Positions 1 through 10,767 of a stretch of DNA of 64,000 bases are shown in pieces. Position 1 is the first letter of the stretch. Every line of letters begins with the position of its first letter. The stretch lies in assembly GCA_027310185.1 (NCBI GenBank), contig DAIDBH010000011.1, forward strand, positions 110,451 to 174,450. The letters run 5' to 3'. Source of the DNA: Thermoplasmatales archaeon (GTDB lineage: Archaea > Thermoplasmatota > Thermoplasmata > Thermoplasmatales > Thermoplasmataceae). The translations under genes were made by a program, and so were the position numbers. The notes beneath the pieces were generated by a model, which worked only from the letters and a program-made list of their open reading frames with translations, was not told the DNA's origin and did no database searches.

Positions 1-15
1 GAAGGTCATAATTTC

Positions 16-1284
16 ATGCCAGTTAAAAATTCAGAATTGAAGGGGTTTTACAAGAAAAGTACAGAGGAAAGAATCGAGACTTTAAAGGGTTACTGCCAGC
101 TCAACGATGAAGAAATTTCAATTCTTGAGAATCGTGGTTCCCTGAGTCAGGAAACTGGAGAGAAACTGGTTGAAAACTATATTTCAAACATGGAAATTCC
201 CATGGGGATCGCAACTAATTTCAGTATAAACGGCAGAGATTATCTAATTCCAATGGCTATTGAAGAACCCTCAGTAATTGCAGCATGTTCCAATGGAGCA
301 AGGATTGCAAGAATGGCTGGTGGTTTCAGGGCTTATGCTTCCTCATCTATTATGTTTGGTCAGATACAGTTGACTGATCTTGAGGATGTGTATAAGGCCA
401 GAACAGAAATCCTAATGGAAAAAGAGAATATTTTGCGAATTGCAAACGAGGCAAGCAAGACATTAAGCAAATTAGGGAAAGGGGCCAGGGACATCACATT
501 TCATGATGTGAAGTATGATGATCATGTACTGATTATACATCTTGAAATAGACACTGGAGATGCAATGGGTGCAAATATCATAAACAGTATGGTAGAAAAG
601 GTATCGCCATTCATAGAAGCGATAACAGGAGGTAAGGTAGTACTCAAGATCCTTAGTAACCTAACACCACTCAGAATAGTCAGGGCATATGCAACTTTTA
701 GGAAAGATGCAATCGGTGGTCCTGACGTTGTCCAGAGATTTATTCATGCAGCGAGACTTGCAGAGGAAGATATATTCAGGGCTGCAACACATAACAAGGG
801 TATTATGAATGGAATCGATGCAGTATTACTTGCAATCATGAATGACTGGAGACAAGCTGAGGCTAATGCGCACGCATATGCAGCAATAAAAGGCTCGTAT
901 GGCTCGCTTACACATTACAATCTGGATAAAAACGGAGATATAACCGGGTCTATTGAGATACCTATCAGTGTTGGTACTGTTGGAGGGACATCTGCCAGTA
1001 TTCCAAAGGCAAAAATATGTCAGAAGATTCTGGGTATAAAAGAAGCCAGGGAACTGGAAGAAGTGCTGGCATGCGTAGGACTTTCACAGAATTTTGCTGC
1101 AATGAGGGCCCTGAGTGATGAAGGAATACAGAAGGGCCACATGGCACTGCACTCCAAAAATCTGGCAATTGCAGTGGGAGCCACCGGCGATGACATTGAA
1201 AAAGTCGCTGAAATGCTGGTAAAATCTGGTTCGATAAATATGACAAATGCAAGGGAAATTCTGGATAAATTAAGGGAAAGGTGA
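16..1284 (+). CDS. mvaA: Hydroxymethylglutaryl-CoA reductase, class II (bacterial type)
   Basis: ENYIS, PMAIEEPSVIAA, DAMGAN, ATHNKGIMNG and C-terminal GIQKGHMALH motifs. Confidence 0.95.
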   Translation: MPVKNSELKGFYKKSTEERIETLKGYCQLNDEEISILENRGSLSQETGEKLVENYISNMEIPMGIATNFSINGRDYLIPMAIEEPSVIAACSNGARIARMAGGFRAYASSSIMFGQIQLTDLEDVYKARTEILMEKENILRIANEASKTLSKLGKGARDITFHDVKYDDHVLIIHLEIDTGDAMGANIINSMVEKVSPFIEAITGGKVVLKILSNLTPLRIVRAYATFRKDAIGGPDVVQRFIHAARLAEEDIFRAATHNKGIMNGIDAVLLAIMNDWRQAEANAHAYAAIKGSYGSLTHYNLDKNGDITGSIEIPISVGTVGGTSASIPKAKICQKILGIKEARELEEVLACVGLSQNFAAMRALSDEGIQKGHMALHSKNLAIAVGATGDDIEKVAEMLVKSGSINMTNAREILDKLRER

Positions 1285-2036
1285 ATAGTATGGATAAAAG
1301 TGAATATGATGCTGGCATGAAGCAGGTTGAAAAGCTATTGAACAAGGAGAAATATCTTGATGCTCTTACTACGTTGAAGGGGATGCTTGAAAAGGCTGCT
1401 GATAATAAGGAGTATAAGGCTGATATCCTTAGCAAGATTTCAGAGGCGTATTATGGAAAAGAAGGAGTAAAAACAGAGAATGCAATTTCGAACCTTATTG
1501 AGTCACTCAAGATCAGAACTGAGCTTGAACAGCCGGAGATTCTTGCTCTTGAGATGATGAATCTTGCATATCTACAGGACGAGGCCGGTAGCCTGGAAAA
1601 TGCGGAAAAAACCCTGAAGGAGGCAATGGAAGTGGCCGATCAACTGGAAGATGTAAGCCTTACATTATCGCTGAAAAATGCCCTTGCAGATATTCTGTCA
1701 GAAGACAAGAAAAATACTGAGGAGGCTACGAAGATATACAAAGAAATAATGAATGAATCAGAGAAGGAAAAGATCTGGGAAATATATTATGAAGCCTGCG
1801 TCAGCCTCATAAAGCTTCTAAGGGATAGGGATAATATAGAAGAAGCCAATAAATTATCGAATGAGAATATAGAAAAGGCCGAAGCCACCCTGAATTCATT
1901 CAAGACAAAGAAGGACAAGGAGGAATTCAAGGACATCATTTCATATCTTTATGACGTCTCAATAGATCTGGCTATGGAAAACGAGGACATCGGAAGGGCA
2001 AGGGACCTTGCTGAAAAATTCAAGGGAGAGAAATAA
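1281..2036 (+). CDS. TPR-like helical repeat protein
   Basis: Acidic, helical, TPR-like Ala/Leu pattern (MNLAYLQDEAGSLENAEKTLKEAMEV); GTGA overlap with the mvaA stop. Confidence 0.65.
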   Translation: MNSMDKSEYDAGMKQVEKLLNKEKYLDALTTLKGMLEKAADNKEYKADILSKISEAYYGKEGVKTENAISNLIESLKIRTELEQPEILALEMMNLAYLQDEAGSLENAEKTLKEAMEVADQLEDVSLTLSLKNALADILSEDKKNTEEATKIYKEIMNESEKEKIWEIYYEACVSLIKLLRDRDNIEEANKLSNENIEKAEATLNSFKTKKDKEEFKDIISYLYDVSIDLAMENEDIGRARDLAEKFKGEK

Positions 2037-2514
2037 GGCTGAAAACGTCTCTTTCCATATCCTTTTTAATATCCGAATAATCGATGTAAAGATCATTCAT
2101 AAGTGAGCAAAGCCTGATTGTCATATTTATATATCTTAAATTTTCAAGCTGTTTCTTGGATCTTTCCAGAGCTTCCTTTTTTGTCAATTTACCGGAGGCA
2201 ACTACTGCATTGAGCAACCTGTCCAGATATGAAGCATCTCTGGTCTGCTCCTGAAATAGTTCCTCTTCATCTATAACCAGATCAATTGGCACATGTTCAG
2301 CGGGCGCATTGAAGTTAATGAGGAAGCTGTCTCCTTCCCTTGAAAGGAGTCCCTCCCTGACGCATTCATCCTCAAACCTTGATGTACTTTCTTCCTTCAA
2401 AAATTTCCTTTTGTAGACAAGAATATTAACCACATCCTTTCCAGAAATAGATCTTGCATTCTTCTTTTCCTGTGAAACTACTGAAATAAGCTTTCTTGCC
2501 AGTTCCCTATCCAT
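2020..2514 (-). CDS. Conserved archaeal protein, DUF2240-like
   Basis: 164 aa; EGLL..EGD...INF pattern resembles DUF2240; gagtga RBS-like sequence upstream. Confidence 0.55.
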   Translation of the reverse strand: MDRELARKLISVVSQEKKNARSISGKDVVNILVYKRKFLKEESTSRFEDECVREGLLSREGDSFLINFNAPAEHVPIDLVIDEEELFQEQTRDASYLDRLLNAVVASGKLTKKEALERSKKQLENLRYINMTIRLCSLMNDLYIDYSDIKKDMERDVFSLISLP

Positions 2515-2677
2515 GTCACTCTCATATGAATATGCCTAATAATTTTTGTTAGATAAGAGATACATACCTAAAGAATCTCATACACCATGATGCAGATCGA
2601 AGAATTTGCGATTATATGTGGAATCCACAATGGAACAATACTAAGTTGTTCAGTTATTAACACTATAAATCCATACA

Positions 2678-3126
2678 ATGAATATGAGAATTTCGAAACG
2701 GTTAAAACATTATTCCATCCTCATAGGTGGTTTATTTACAATTTTTTCCACGGTTGTAAATTTTACTGATAATTTGCTGAAATTTCACTACATAGAAAAT
2801 CTATATGGAACGGATACATACTATAATTATAGTCAGCCAACTGTAGCTTCCATAAGTCACGAAACTAACCTGGATGCAGTTCTCATGATTTTTATAATAG
2901 TTTTGACGTTGACCACCGTCATTTCATCAAAGCTAATAATGAAAGAGTCAAGGAAAAGTAAAAAACTTGGAACAGTCATACTGGTTATGATAGTTATTTA
3001 TTTACCCTAGGATGATGGGATTATGTCGGGGCAATCCTCATAATCATAGGTGTCTTTGCCTTCATCCTGAATGATGGGTACCTGGTTTTAGGAGAAAATG
3101 TAAAGACTCCATCAGAAACTCCATAA
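2678..3126 (+). pseudogene. Disrupted membrane protein, probable paralog of 3213..3617
   Basis: ORF stops at 3010; the -1 frame continues FTLG*WDYVGAILIIIGVFAFILNDGY to TAA at 3124-3126, matching the neighbour's last TM helix. Confidence 0.55.
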
Positions 3127-3212
3127 TTGCCTGCAAATGATGACTTTACTCATACAACATTCAAGCGCATTATAAATAGTAAATATTTTATATTTTAAAC
3201 GTATGATAAATA

Positions 3213-3617
3213 GTGAAAATAACAAATGATCTTAAAAATCTGGCAATTTTAATTGGAGCGGTAATAGGAATTATTGCAGGTGTTTTTGAGCTAATAGTTG
3301 CTATTATAATTGGCACAGCCTCATTTAATGGCGGAGTGGTAAAAGTAACAGGAAACATTTCCTTATTTCCAGCTGCCTTTGGTTTTATTATAATAGTTAT
3401 ACTTTTACAGGTAATATTGTCAGGGATTTCAATTCTATATGGTCAGAAGCTCAGGTCTGGAGGTAATGAAAGAAGGCACAATAGCATAATTCTGCTGATT
3501 ATTGGAATCGTATTGCTCATACTTCACGCTGGGTTCCTTATAGGTCCTATATTCATAATTCTGGGTGCAATTGCCTATTATGTGAAAGAGGGGGACATTT
3601 CAATAAATATAGATTAA
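3213..3617 (+). CDS. Small 4-TM membrane protein (DUF4064-like)
   Basis: Hydrophobic helices, GFLIGPIFIILG motif also seen in 41097..41462. Confidence 0.65.
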   Translation: MKITNDLKNLAILIGAVIGIIAGVFELIVAIIIGTASFNGGVVKVTGNISLFPAAFGFIIIVILLQVILSGISILYGQKLRSGGNERRHNSIILLIIGIVLLILHAGFLIGPIFIILGAIAYYVKEGDISINID

Positions 3618-3685
3618 ATATTTCTCAATACCTAAAATGCATGGAGCAAGCTTTTTTTCGTAATTCATCTATTAATGCTCTACCT

Positions 3686-5341
3686 TTATTTATGCAGATA
3701 CAACGCATAGCTTTCTGAGGTCTTGTTCACGAATGCGTATCTCTCAAACTGGATTATTCCGGTTGCCTTCACTGCATCTGATTCTATAAAGCCGCTGTCA
3801 GTTGTACCGTCCGGCCTGTACACTTCGAATTCCGGGGAATCTTCCTTCACCCAGTGGATGATCTTTCTTTTTGTCTTATTTTCTGAATCCAGATAATGCC
3901 ATTTCCCATTCCTGTAAATTATATTATACAGATCTTTCAGTCTGAGTATATCGTTTTCTTTTGCGTCATTGATATCAGATTTTTGCAAATAGAGGGCCTG
4001 GTCTTTATTGAGAGTATATTTCCTGAAACCTCTTTCCGATTCTTTAGGATAGAGAGGTATCAAGGATTCTATTTCAGGTGAATCCATGATCTGAACTTTC
4101 ACTGGATCAGAGACAAAGAAATAACGATTGGCAGAATGGTCTATGAATTGCCTGTTCATCGAATTGAATATCTCCCACGAGAAATCAGAATTAACGTCAT
4201 TCAGTCCTGAGTCTATCCAGTACTTTCTAAAAGTTTCCTTCTGGTAGCCTCTCCTTCTCAGCGCGAGGAGAGTCGCAAGTCTCACATCGTCCCATCCCCT
4301 GTATTCTCCCGCATCAATACCTTTCCTCATTGCTGTCGTACTGAGTATGGCATCTTGTATATTGATAAGTCCATAATGGAAATACTCCGGTATATCCCAC
4401 TTGAAATAATTGAATATATATTTCTGTCTCTCCGTATTGTTCAGGTGATCCATTCCTCTTATCACGTGGGTCAGTCCAAGTTCATGATCATCCACCGCAA
4501 CGCTGAAATTCATCAGGGGATAGAATCTATATTTCTTTCCAGTATGGGGATGTGGCGTTTCTATGACCCTGAATGCTATCCAGTCTCTAACTGCAGGATT
4601 TGGATGCTTCAGATCAGTTTTTATGACAAGAACCGGTTTTACATCCTTATCCTCTCCAGATATGATCCGGTCAAACTGTTCAACCATCAGATCAGGGGAA
4701 AGATTCCTGTGCGGGCAGGCTCTTGATTCCATCAGATCTCTCTTGAAATCTTCTACCCTGCACTTACATATGTAGGCTTTTCCCATCCGTATTAATTCTC
4801 TAGCCCTTGTATAATAAAGTTCCATCCTTTCTGACTGGATGACAAACTGTGTGAAGTTCACTTCCAGCCACCTGGTATCTTCCTGGATCATGTCGTAAGC
4901 CTTAGGATATATATTATTCGGGTTCGTATCTTCTATCCTGAGAATGAGTTCTCCGCCATATCTTTTCACATATTCATCATTAAGAATCAGCATCCTGCTG
5001 TGGCCAAGGTGAAGTGGTCCAGAAGGCGATGGTGCCATCCTCATTACAACCTTTCCCCTAACATTTTTAAGATCAGGCAGGTGATGCTCCTCATTCTTTT
5101 TCTCAACGATGAGAATCTCACTGTATTTCTCCTTTGCAAGTGAAATCTGCTGGTCTATGCTTAGGGAATTTATTCTTGAAATAGTCTGGTTGATCTCAGA
5201 CATCAGGTCCTTGATTGACGACCTGAGCTCAGGAAATGAACCGAGTAACTTATTAACAACACTTTTTAGTTCTGCCCTGCCATCGTGTTCGATGGCGTTC
5301 TTCAGGACATTCTTCTCAATATCCGTATTCAGTGAATTCAC
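3686..5341 (-). CDS. gltX: Glutamate--tRNA ligase (archaeal)
   Basis: RMAPSPSGPLHLGH (HIGH), RIEDT, THVIRGMDH, QFER. Confidence 0.97.
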   Translation of the reverse strand: MNSLNTDIEKNVLKNAIEHDGRAELKSVVNKLLGSFPELRSSIKDLMSEINQTISRINSLSIDQQISLAKEKYSEILIVEKKNEEHHLPDLKNVRGKVVMRMAPSPSGPLHLGHSRMLILNDEYVKRYGGELILRIEDTNPNNIYPKAYDMIQEDTRWLEVNFTQFVIQSERMELYYTRARELIRMGKAYICKCRVEDFKRDLMESRACPHRNLSPDLMVEQFDRIISGEDKDVKPVLVIKTDLKHPNPAVRDWIAFRVIETPHPHTGKKYRFYPLMNFSVAVDDHELGLTHVIRGMDHLNNTERQKYIFNYFKWDIPEYFHYGLINIQDAILSTTAMRKGIDAGEYRGWDDVRLATLLALRRRGYQKETFRKYWIDSGLNDVNSDFSWEIFNSMNRQFIDHSANRYFFVSDPVKVQIMDSPEIESLIPLYPKESERGFRKYTLNKDQALYLQKSDINDAKENDILRLKDLYNIIYRNGKWHYLDSENKTKRKIIHWVKEDSPEFEVYRPDGTTDSGFIESDAVKATGIIQFERYAFVNKTSESYALYLHK

Positions 5342-6281
5342 CAGACTCCTTAATAATAAAGTCCTTTAATTCTTTTATCCCGGTTTTGTTGATATTGGAT
5401 ATTGCAATTTCTTCCTTTCTCTCACTTATATCTATCTTTGTCTGTACCCTGACTATCTTCTTTGGGAAATTTGCCCTTATATCATTGTACAGCTTCTCCT
5501 GCTGCTCCACTGTATATCCAGAAAATCCTGAATAGTCAATGAGAAACAGGATAACACCTCTTATATCCTTAAGACTAAGTATGGATCTTCTTTCCAGCTC
5601 ATTTCTTTCGTCCATTGGCCTGTCCAGCAAGCCAGGTGTATCAACAATCTGGATCTTCCTGGTTCCCGTATTCAGGTGACCGATGAACACATTCAGTGTG
5701 GTGAATGGATATGGTGCAATCTGAACATCATTGTTGGTAAGTGAATTCAAGAGGGAGCTTTTCCCAACATTAGGCATTCCTGCTATGACAAATGATGGCT
5801 TCTCTGGATCTATCTCTGGAAGTTTTCTGAGGAAATCCCTGCATTCGCCCAGCAATCTGAGGTCCTTGTCAACATGTTCAAGAACCGAGCAGAACCGCCC
5901 ATAGAACTTCTTTCTTACGTTTACCATTTCATGTGCCGTTCTTGCCCTCTTCAAATCGTGTATGGAATCTGTGGCAAGTTCCACGATTTTTTCCCCGGCC
6001 CACTGTACATTATTCAGTGATCTCTTGTAGTTATCAATCCCAAATTTTAACTGGAGAAAATCCTCATAGAAGGGATGAAGTTTTTCTGATGTTGGAAATT
6101 TCTTAACGATCCTCTTTAGATATATGGCAGAAACGCTCTCTGCTGTTGCAATCCTGTCTATATTCTCCTTCCGTACCTTATTTTCAAATATCTTGTCGTA
6201 AGGTTCATCTATTTTTGACGCTTTCTTCAGGCTCTTATCTATAAGTTCGTCTGACCTGAGTATGGTTGGTATTGGTCTCAT
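5316..6281 (-). CDS. NOG1-family GTP-binding protein
   Basis: GMPNVGKSS, YPFTT, DTPGLLDR, TKID; overlaps the gltX start by 26 nt. Confidence 0.93.
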   Translation of the reverse strand: MRPIPTILRSDELIDKSLKKASKIDEPYDKIFENKVRKENIDRIATAESVSAIYLKRIVKKFPTSEKLHPFYEDFLQLKFGIDNYKRSLNNVQWAGEKIVELATDSIHDLKRARTAHEMVNVRKKFYGRFCSVLEHVDKDLRLLGECRDFLRKLPEIDPEKPSFVIAGMPNVGKSSLLNSLTNNDVQIAPYPFTTLNVFIGHLNTGTRKIQIVDTPGLLDRPMDERNELERRSILSLKDIRGVILFLIDYSGFSGYTVEQQEKLYNDIRANFPKKIVRVQTKIDISERKEEIAISNINKTGIKELKDFIIKESGEFTEYGY

Positions 6282-6285
6282 TACT

Positions 6286-6462
6286 TCACTTTTCCTGAAT
6301 TGCCTTATTTATTTTTTCTTCCCACTCAGGGGTTATATCAAATTGATTGTGTGCATATCTGTTATGTATTCTTATTTTGTTCCACAGATCCTTGTGTGTT
6401 GGTTCATCTATATGATAGCTGCAATCAAATCCCACGTCCTTACAAGCATAATAAAATCTTGA
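6286..6462 (-). CDS. DUF1059 family small metal-binding protein
   Basis: CKDVGFDC...H...AH motif; likely start is MSRFYY (6462). Confidence 0.75.
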   Translation of the reverse strand, partial: SRFYYACKDVGFDCSYHIDEPTHKDLWNKIRIHNRYAHNQFDITPEWEEKINKAIQEK

Positions 6463-6537
6463 CATAGGATGGACATTGTATACGTGCATAAAAAATTATC
6501 ATTCTCAATACTTATAGTTATTTGTGAAACCATGCAG

Positions 6538-7272
6538 TCAAATAAAGAAAATTGGAATTGTGGACAGGAGGAGTGCAAACATTCTTCCAATCTCTCCAGA
6601 AGCTCCAACTATATCTCCATTTACTCCTCTGAAAATCCTGTAGAGGTAGAGCCTGAGTATGATTGCAATTACTATGACTGCAATCAAAACAAAGATGTAC
6701 CCAGGGAATAGTATCAATGATAATATAAAAGGGATTCCAAAGGAAGTAACAAGGAATGTCCATCTCGATGAGATAACTGAAAAGAATTTACCATAGCCAT
6801 CTCCTATTGGTTTATTCCTGAAGAATATCAGTGACATGAAAATAATGTCCACGAGCTGGGAAAAAAGTATCAGGTATGGAATTCTGGTTGCGGAAACAGA
6901 AAGCAGGGCAGAAACACTTATGCCATAAACAACAAATAACATGAATAGGCCACCGGCTCCTACAGCAGGGTCCTTCATCACCCTGAGCCTGGCTTCCGTC
7001 TCCCCTCTTTTCATCAATCCATCTCCAAGGTCAAGGAGAGAGTCTAAATTTTGTGCACCATGAATGATACCTATTATGCTGAGGGCCAAAATTGTGAGAA
7101 TGAATTTTGAAACATAATTTTCAACTGCATAAAGAATAATAAAGGAAATTAGGCCTGATATAAGGTACGGTAGCCAGAGAAAATAAAGGGCTTCAGGAAT
7201 AAATTCTGCGTTTCCAGCAGGTATGACTGTAAAGAAAGAAATTGATGCCCTTGCATATCTTGATACTTTCAA
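6538..7272 (-). CDS. cobS: Adenosylcobinamide-GDP ribazoletransferase (cobalamin synthase)
   Basis: FFTVIP, LDSLLDLGDG, MKDPAVGAGG, GVNGDIVGA. Confidence 0.93.
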   Translation of the reverse strand: MKVSRYARASISFFTVIPAGNAEFIPEALYFLWLPYLISGLISFIILYAVENYVSKFILTILALSIIGIIHGAQNLDSLLDLGDGLMKRGETEARLRVMKDPAVGAGGLFMLFVVYGISVSALLSVSATRIPYLILFSQLVDIIFMSLIFFRNKPIGDGYGKFFSVISSRWTFLVTSFGIPFILSLILFPGYIFVLIAVIVIAIILRLYLYRIFRGVNGDIVGASGEIGRMFALLLSTIPIFFI

Positions 7273-7320
7273 CCAGACAATATACTTAATTGATATAAAT
7301 ATGAAATCAATTACACTAAA

Positions 7321-8370
7321 ATGAAATTAAGTTCAGATGATAGTTTTACCCACGGTGACACATACCTAAAAGTAAGAGATAAATACCCGGAAATAAGGGA
7401 TTTCTCAGCCAATATTAACCATAAAAGTCCTGAATATGTCAACGGAAAGAAGACAGAAGTGCTGAGGCACTATCCTGCTGGGGAAGAAAAGATAGAAGTA
7501 GTGATAGGGAGGCTAGTTACTACTGATCCTGGAAAAATAATTGCAACTTATGGCATGACCTCCCTTATAAATTATGTCTATCAACTGCATTCTGGAAAGA
7601 ATGTTCTGCTTATAGAGCCAATTTTTTCAGAGCACAGGAGGGCTGCAGAAGCAAGCAGTTGTAAGATAACAAGATTGAGCATGGCTGCATTGACAAAAAA
7701 CATGGAAATACTCAAAAATTTCAATTATGATCTGATTTCATTGAATATACCGGTCAATCCAACAGGGGAAATGCTCAGCCATAAGGAAATCGAAACAATA
7801 ATTAGAATTTCAATGAAGAAGGATGCAACCGTATTCATGGATCAGGCATATATTGATTTTCTAACCACAAGGCGACAGATGGAGTTAAAGAAGGCTACAG
7901 AACAATATCCGGGCGTTATTATAGGTAGGTCTCTGACAAAAGTGAGTGGATTGCCGGGAATTAGACTTGGATTCGGTATATGTTCTTCTGGAACTGTAAG
8001 AATGCTGAGAAAGATCAGGGGACCATGGACTATTCCTGAGGAGTATACGACTATACTGAAAAAATGGTCGGAGTACCAGCCCGACACCAATATGTTGCTA
8101 AGGGAAAGAGAAAATATCACGAAAGAACTAAAAAAGATGAAATTAACAGTATTGGGGAAGTCAGAGGTCAACTTTCTATCATTCAGACTGAATGAACAAA
8201 TAGATCCACTGGACTTCGAAAGAAAACTCATGGAGAAAGGATTCTTGATAAGGAATCTTAGCGATTTCTACGGATTTACAGCAAATGATTTCAGGATAAA
8301 TATAAGAAGTCAGGAAGAGAACACGGAACTAATTGAGGCAATAAGGGCGATAATAAATGAGCGAAGGTAA
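7321..8370 (+). CDS. cobD: L-threonine-O-3-phosphate decarboxylase (class I/II PLP fold)
   Basis: HG..DFSANIN, PVNPTG, DQAYIDF, RSLTK..GLPGIRLG; cob gene context. Confidence 0.8.
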   Translation: MKLSSDDSFTHGDTYLKVRDKYPEIRDFSANINHKSPEYVNGKKTEVLRHYPAGEEKIEVVIGRLVTTDPGKIIATYGMTSLINYVYQLHSGKNVLLIEPIFSEHRRAAEASSCKITRLSMAALTKNMEILKNFNYDLISLNIPVNPTGEMLSHKEIETIIRISMKKDATVFMDQAYIDFLTTRRQMELKKATEQYPGVIIGRSLTKVSGLPGIRLGFGICSSGTVRMLRKIRGPWTIPEEYTTILKKWSEYQPDTNMLLRERENITKELKKMKLTVLGKSEVNFLSFRLNEQIDPLDFERKLMEKGFLIRNLSDFYGFTANDFRINIRSQEENTELIEAIRAIINERR

Positions 8371-9784
8371 GCTAATACACATAATGGGGACATCTTCAAA
8401 TGCTGGAAAGAGTACAATCACAATGGGAATCTGCAGAATTCTCAGTGATATGGGATATAGCGTATCTCCATTCAAGGCCATGAACATGTCGCTGAATTCC
8501 ATATCCACTCCTGATGGTTATGAGATATCAAGATCACAATGGTTGCAGGCTAAAGCTTCCAGGACAGTACCTGACTGGAAGATCAACCCAATCCTGCTTA
8601 AACCTGAAGGGTCCGGTAAGTCCCAGGTCATATTCATGGGAAAGTCCATCGGAAGTCGAACCATCGAGGATTATGGAAAGCTACTGCGAGATGAAGCAAG
8701 GTCAGCAGTAAGGGAAGCCATGAAATCTCTTCTTGACAGGTATGATGTGGTTGTTGCGGAAGGTTCAGGATCAGCGGCAGAGATAAATCTTTATGACAGG
8801 GACCTTGCAAATACATGGTTGACCAGTGAATTCAAGGGAACTGGGATACTTGTCACAAACATTGAAAATGGTGGCGCATTCTCATCACTTTACGGCACAA
8901 AGTCACTTGCACAGTTCCCGGAGGTTCTGAAGTATTTCATAATAAACAATATGAGGGGCAGCACTGAATTGCTCAGGTATGGCATTGAGAAGATAAGTTC
9001 CATGACAGGCATGTTAAGTATGGGGGTAATCCCACATATGGAAAACAGCAAATTGCCTGGTGAGGATTCGCTGGATTACAGTAATATTAATGGAACAAAG
9101 GTAGGCATCATCAGATATCCCTATTTTGAGAACTACAGTGACATTGATCCACTCATACAGATGGGCCTGGGAAAATACATAACCAGTCCAGAACAGCTGG
9201 AAACTGTTGATTCTATACTGCTTCCAGGCTCAAAGAATGTCTATGAAGACCTGGATTTTATAATTAAGACAGGACTGGGGAAGAAGATCACGGAATTCCA
9301 TGAAAAGGGATTGAAGATAATAGGAATCTGCGGAGGATACCAGATCCTGTCAAGGTCTATAAAAGATCCTGGCAATGTTCAGCTACCTGTAAGCGAGATC
9401 AAAGGGTTAGGTCTACTGGATACTGATTTTATCTATAATTCAAAAAAGGAAATATCTGAAGTGAAATATGAAGGCTCATTAGGAAACCTACCCATAACAG
9501 GTACAGCTTATTTCATTCATTACGGGAGGGAGCAGAGGAAAAATGACGAAAAATTTGTCAACACCGGCAGGGGCCCGGAAGGATCTATAAGCAGTGATGG
9601 TAAAATAATAGGAACAAACCTTCATGGGATCCTTGAAAATTCCAACATTTTTCATTGGTTTACAGGTTTGCAAAGGAGCAGGAGCTATGAGGAGACACTG
9701 GAAGATAACATCCAATCATTCTCAAGGAATCTATCCGTAAATTTAAAAAGAGAACTGCTAATGCAGATCGTAAATGGAACCTGA
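8357..9784 (+). CDS. cbiP: Cobyric acid synthase
   Basis: GTSSNAGKS, PFKAMNMSLNS, EGSGSAAEINL, GICGGYQ, GTNLHG. Confidence 0.95.
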   Translation: MSEGKLIHIMGTSSNAGKSTITMGICRILSDMGYSVSPFKAMNMSLNSISTPDGYEISRSQWLQAKASRTVPDWKINPILLKPEGSGKSQVIFMGKSIGSRTIEDYGKLLRDEARSAVREAMKSLLDRYDVVVAEGSGSAAEINLYDRDLANTWLTSEFKGTGILVTNIENGGAFSSLYGTKSLAQFPEVLKYFIINNMRGSTELLRYGIEKISSMTGMLSMGVIPHMENSKLPGEDSLDYSNINGTKVGIIRYPYFENYSDIDPLIQMGLGKYITSPEQLETVDSILLPGSKNVYEDLDFIIKTGLGKKITEFHEKGLKIIGICGGYQILSRSIKDPGNVQLPVSEIKGLGLLDTDFIYNSKKEISEVKYEGSLGNLPITGTAYFIHYGREQRKNDEKFVNTGRGPEGSISSDGKIIGTNLHGILENSNIFHWFTGLQRSRSYEETLEDNIQSFSRNLSVNLKRELLMQIVNGT

Positions 9785-10763
9785 ACTCCTTTCAATCATC
9801 ATTTCAACTCTCTTCCTTGCCCTGGTAATAGACATAATATTCGGGGAACCCAGGGGTTTCCTGCATATAGCAGTAATCTCAGGAAGATTGTCGATGTTCA
9901 TTGGAAGAGGGATGCAGAAATCCAGGAAACCGGTGAGAGCTGGATGGATTACAGTATTCATGACAATCATACCAATCACCATATTCTTCGGGTTTATTTT
10001 CGATTTCCTCTATAGTCTGCCGCTCATATACATATTTTTCCTGATATTCTATGCAATTATTGAAAAGTCTACATTTGCGTTCACGTCAATGGGTGCTCAT
10101 ATAAATCCAATTATAAAGAGCCTCGAGAAAGGAGATATGGAAAGTGCAAGAGTCCTTACTTCCAGGTGTGTCAGAAGGGATGTTTCACAACTAACTCAAC
10201 CCCTGCTCATATCTGCAGCAATTGAAACAGTTTCTGAGGGTATAACTGATTCTTTCACAGGCAGCTTACTGTATTTCTCCATATTCGGCGTTCTTGGTGC
10301 AATAGTCTACAGGATCGTGAACACCCTGGATTCAACATTTGGATACAGGGATAGAAAATACCTGAAATTTGGAAGGGCTTCTGCTGCTATGGACACAATT
10401 GTCAACTACATTCCTGCCAGGATTTCATCGGCACTCATATCCATTTCTGCCTATATGCTTAATTACAGTAATAGAAGAACAAGACTCTCAACTCTCCTGA
10501 ACAGTGTTCCGAGCAGGAACGCTGCATATTCAATGGGCACAATGGCTACTGTTCTAAATCTGCGACTGGAAAAGAAGGGAAGTTATGTGATCAACAGAAA
10601 GGGGTTTGAGCCCACCCTTAGTGATCTGAAGAAAGCACTGAGGATATTCTATTTCTCCTTTGTTCTCATGGTAATTTTCGTTACAATCCCACTGGTCATA
10701 ATTTTTTCATACATCCTCTATCCACACATATTCTTTTTATTTCCCATTAAAATAGTGGTATGA
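9774..10763 (+). CDS. cbiB: Adenosylcobinamide-phosphate synthase
   Basis: GEP, AIETVSE, YRIVNTLDSTFGY, FGRASAAMD..NYIPAR. Confidence 0.93.
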   Translation: MEPELLSIIISTLFLALVIDIIFGEPRGFLHIAVISGRLSMFIGRGMQKSRKPVRAGWITVFMTIIPITIFFGFIFDFLYSLPLIYIFFLIFYAIIEKSTFAFTSMGAHINPIIKSLEKGDMESARVLTSRCVRRDVSQLTQPLLISAAIETVSEGITDSFTGSLLYFSIFGVLGAIVYRIVNTLDSTFGYRDRKYLKFGRASAAMDTIVNYIPARISSALISISAYMLNYSNRRTRLSTLLNSVPSRNAAYSMGTMATVLNLRLEKKGSYVINRKGFEPTLSDLKKALRIFYFSFVLMVIFVTIPLVIIFSYILYPHIFFLFPIKIVV

Positions 10764-10767
10764 TAAA

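Noticed and set aside
3008-3015. Stop-codon recoding (TAG/TGA) in the 2678 gene
   Set aside because: Restoring the protein needs both a frameshift and a readthrough; simple decay is more parsimonious
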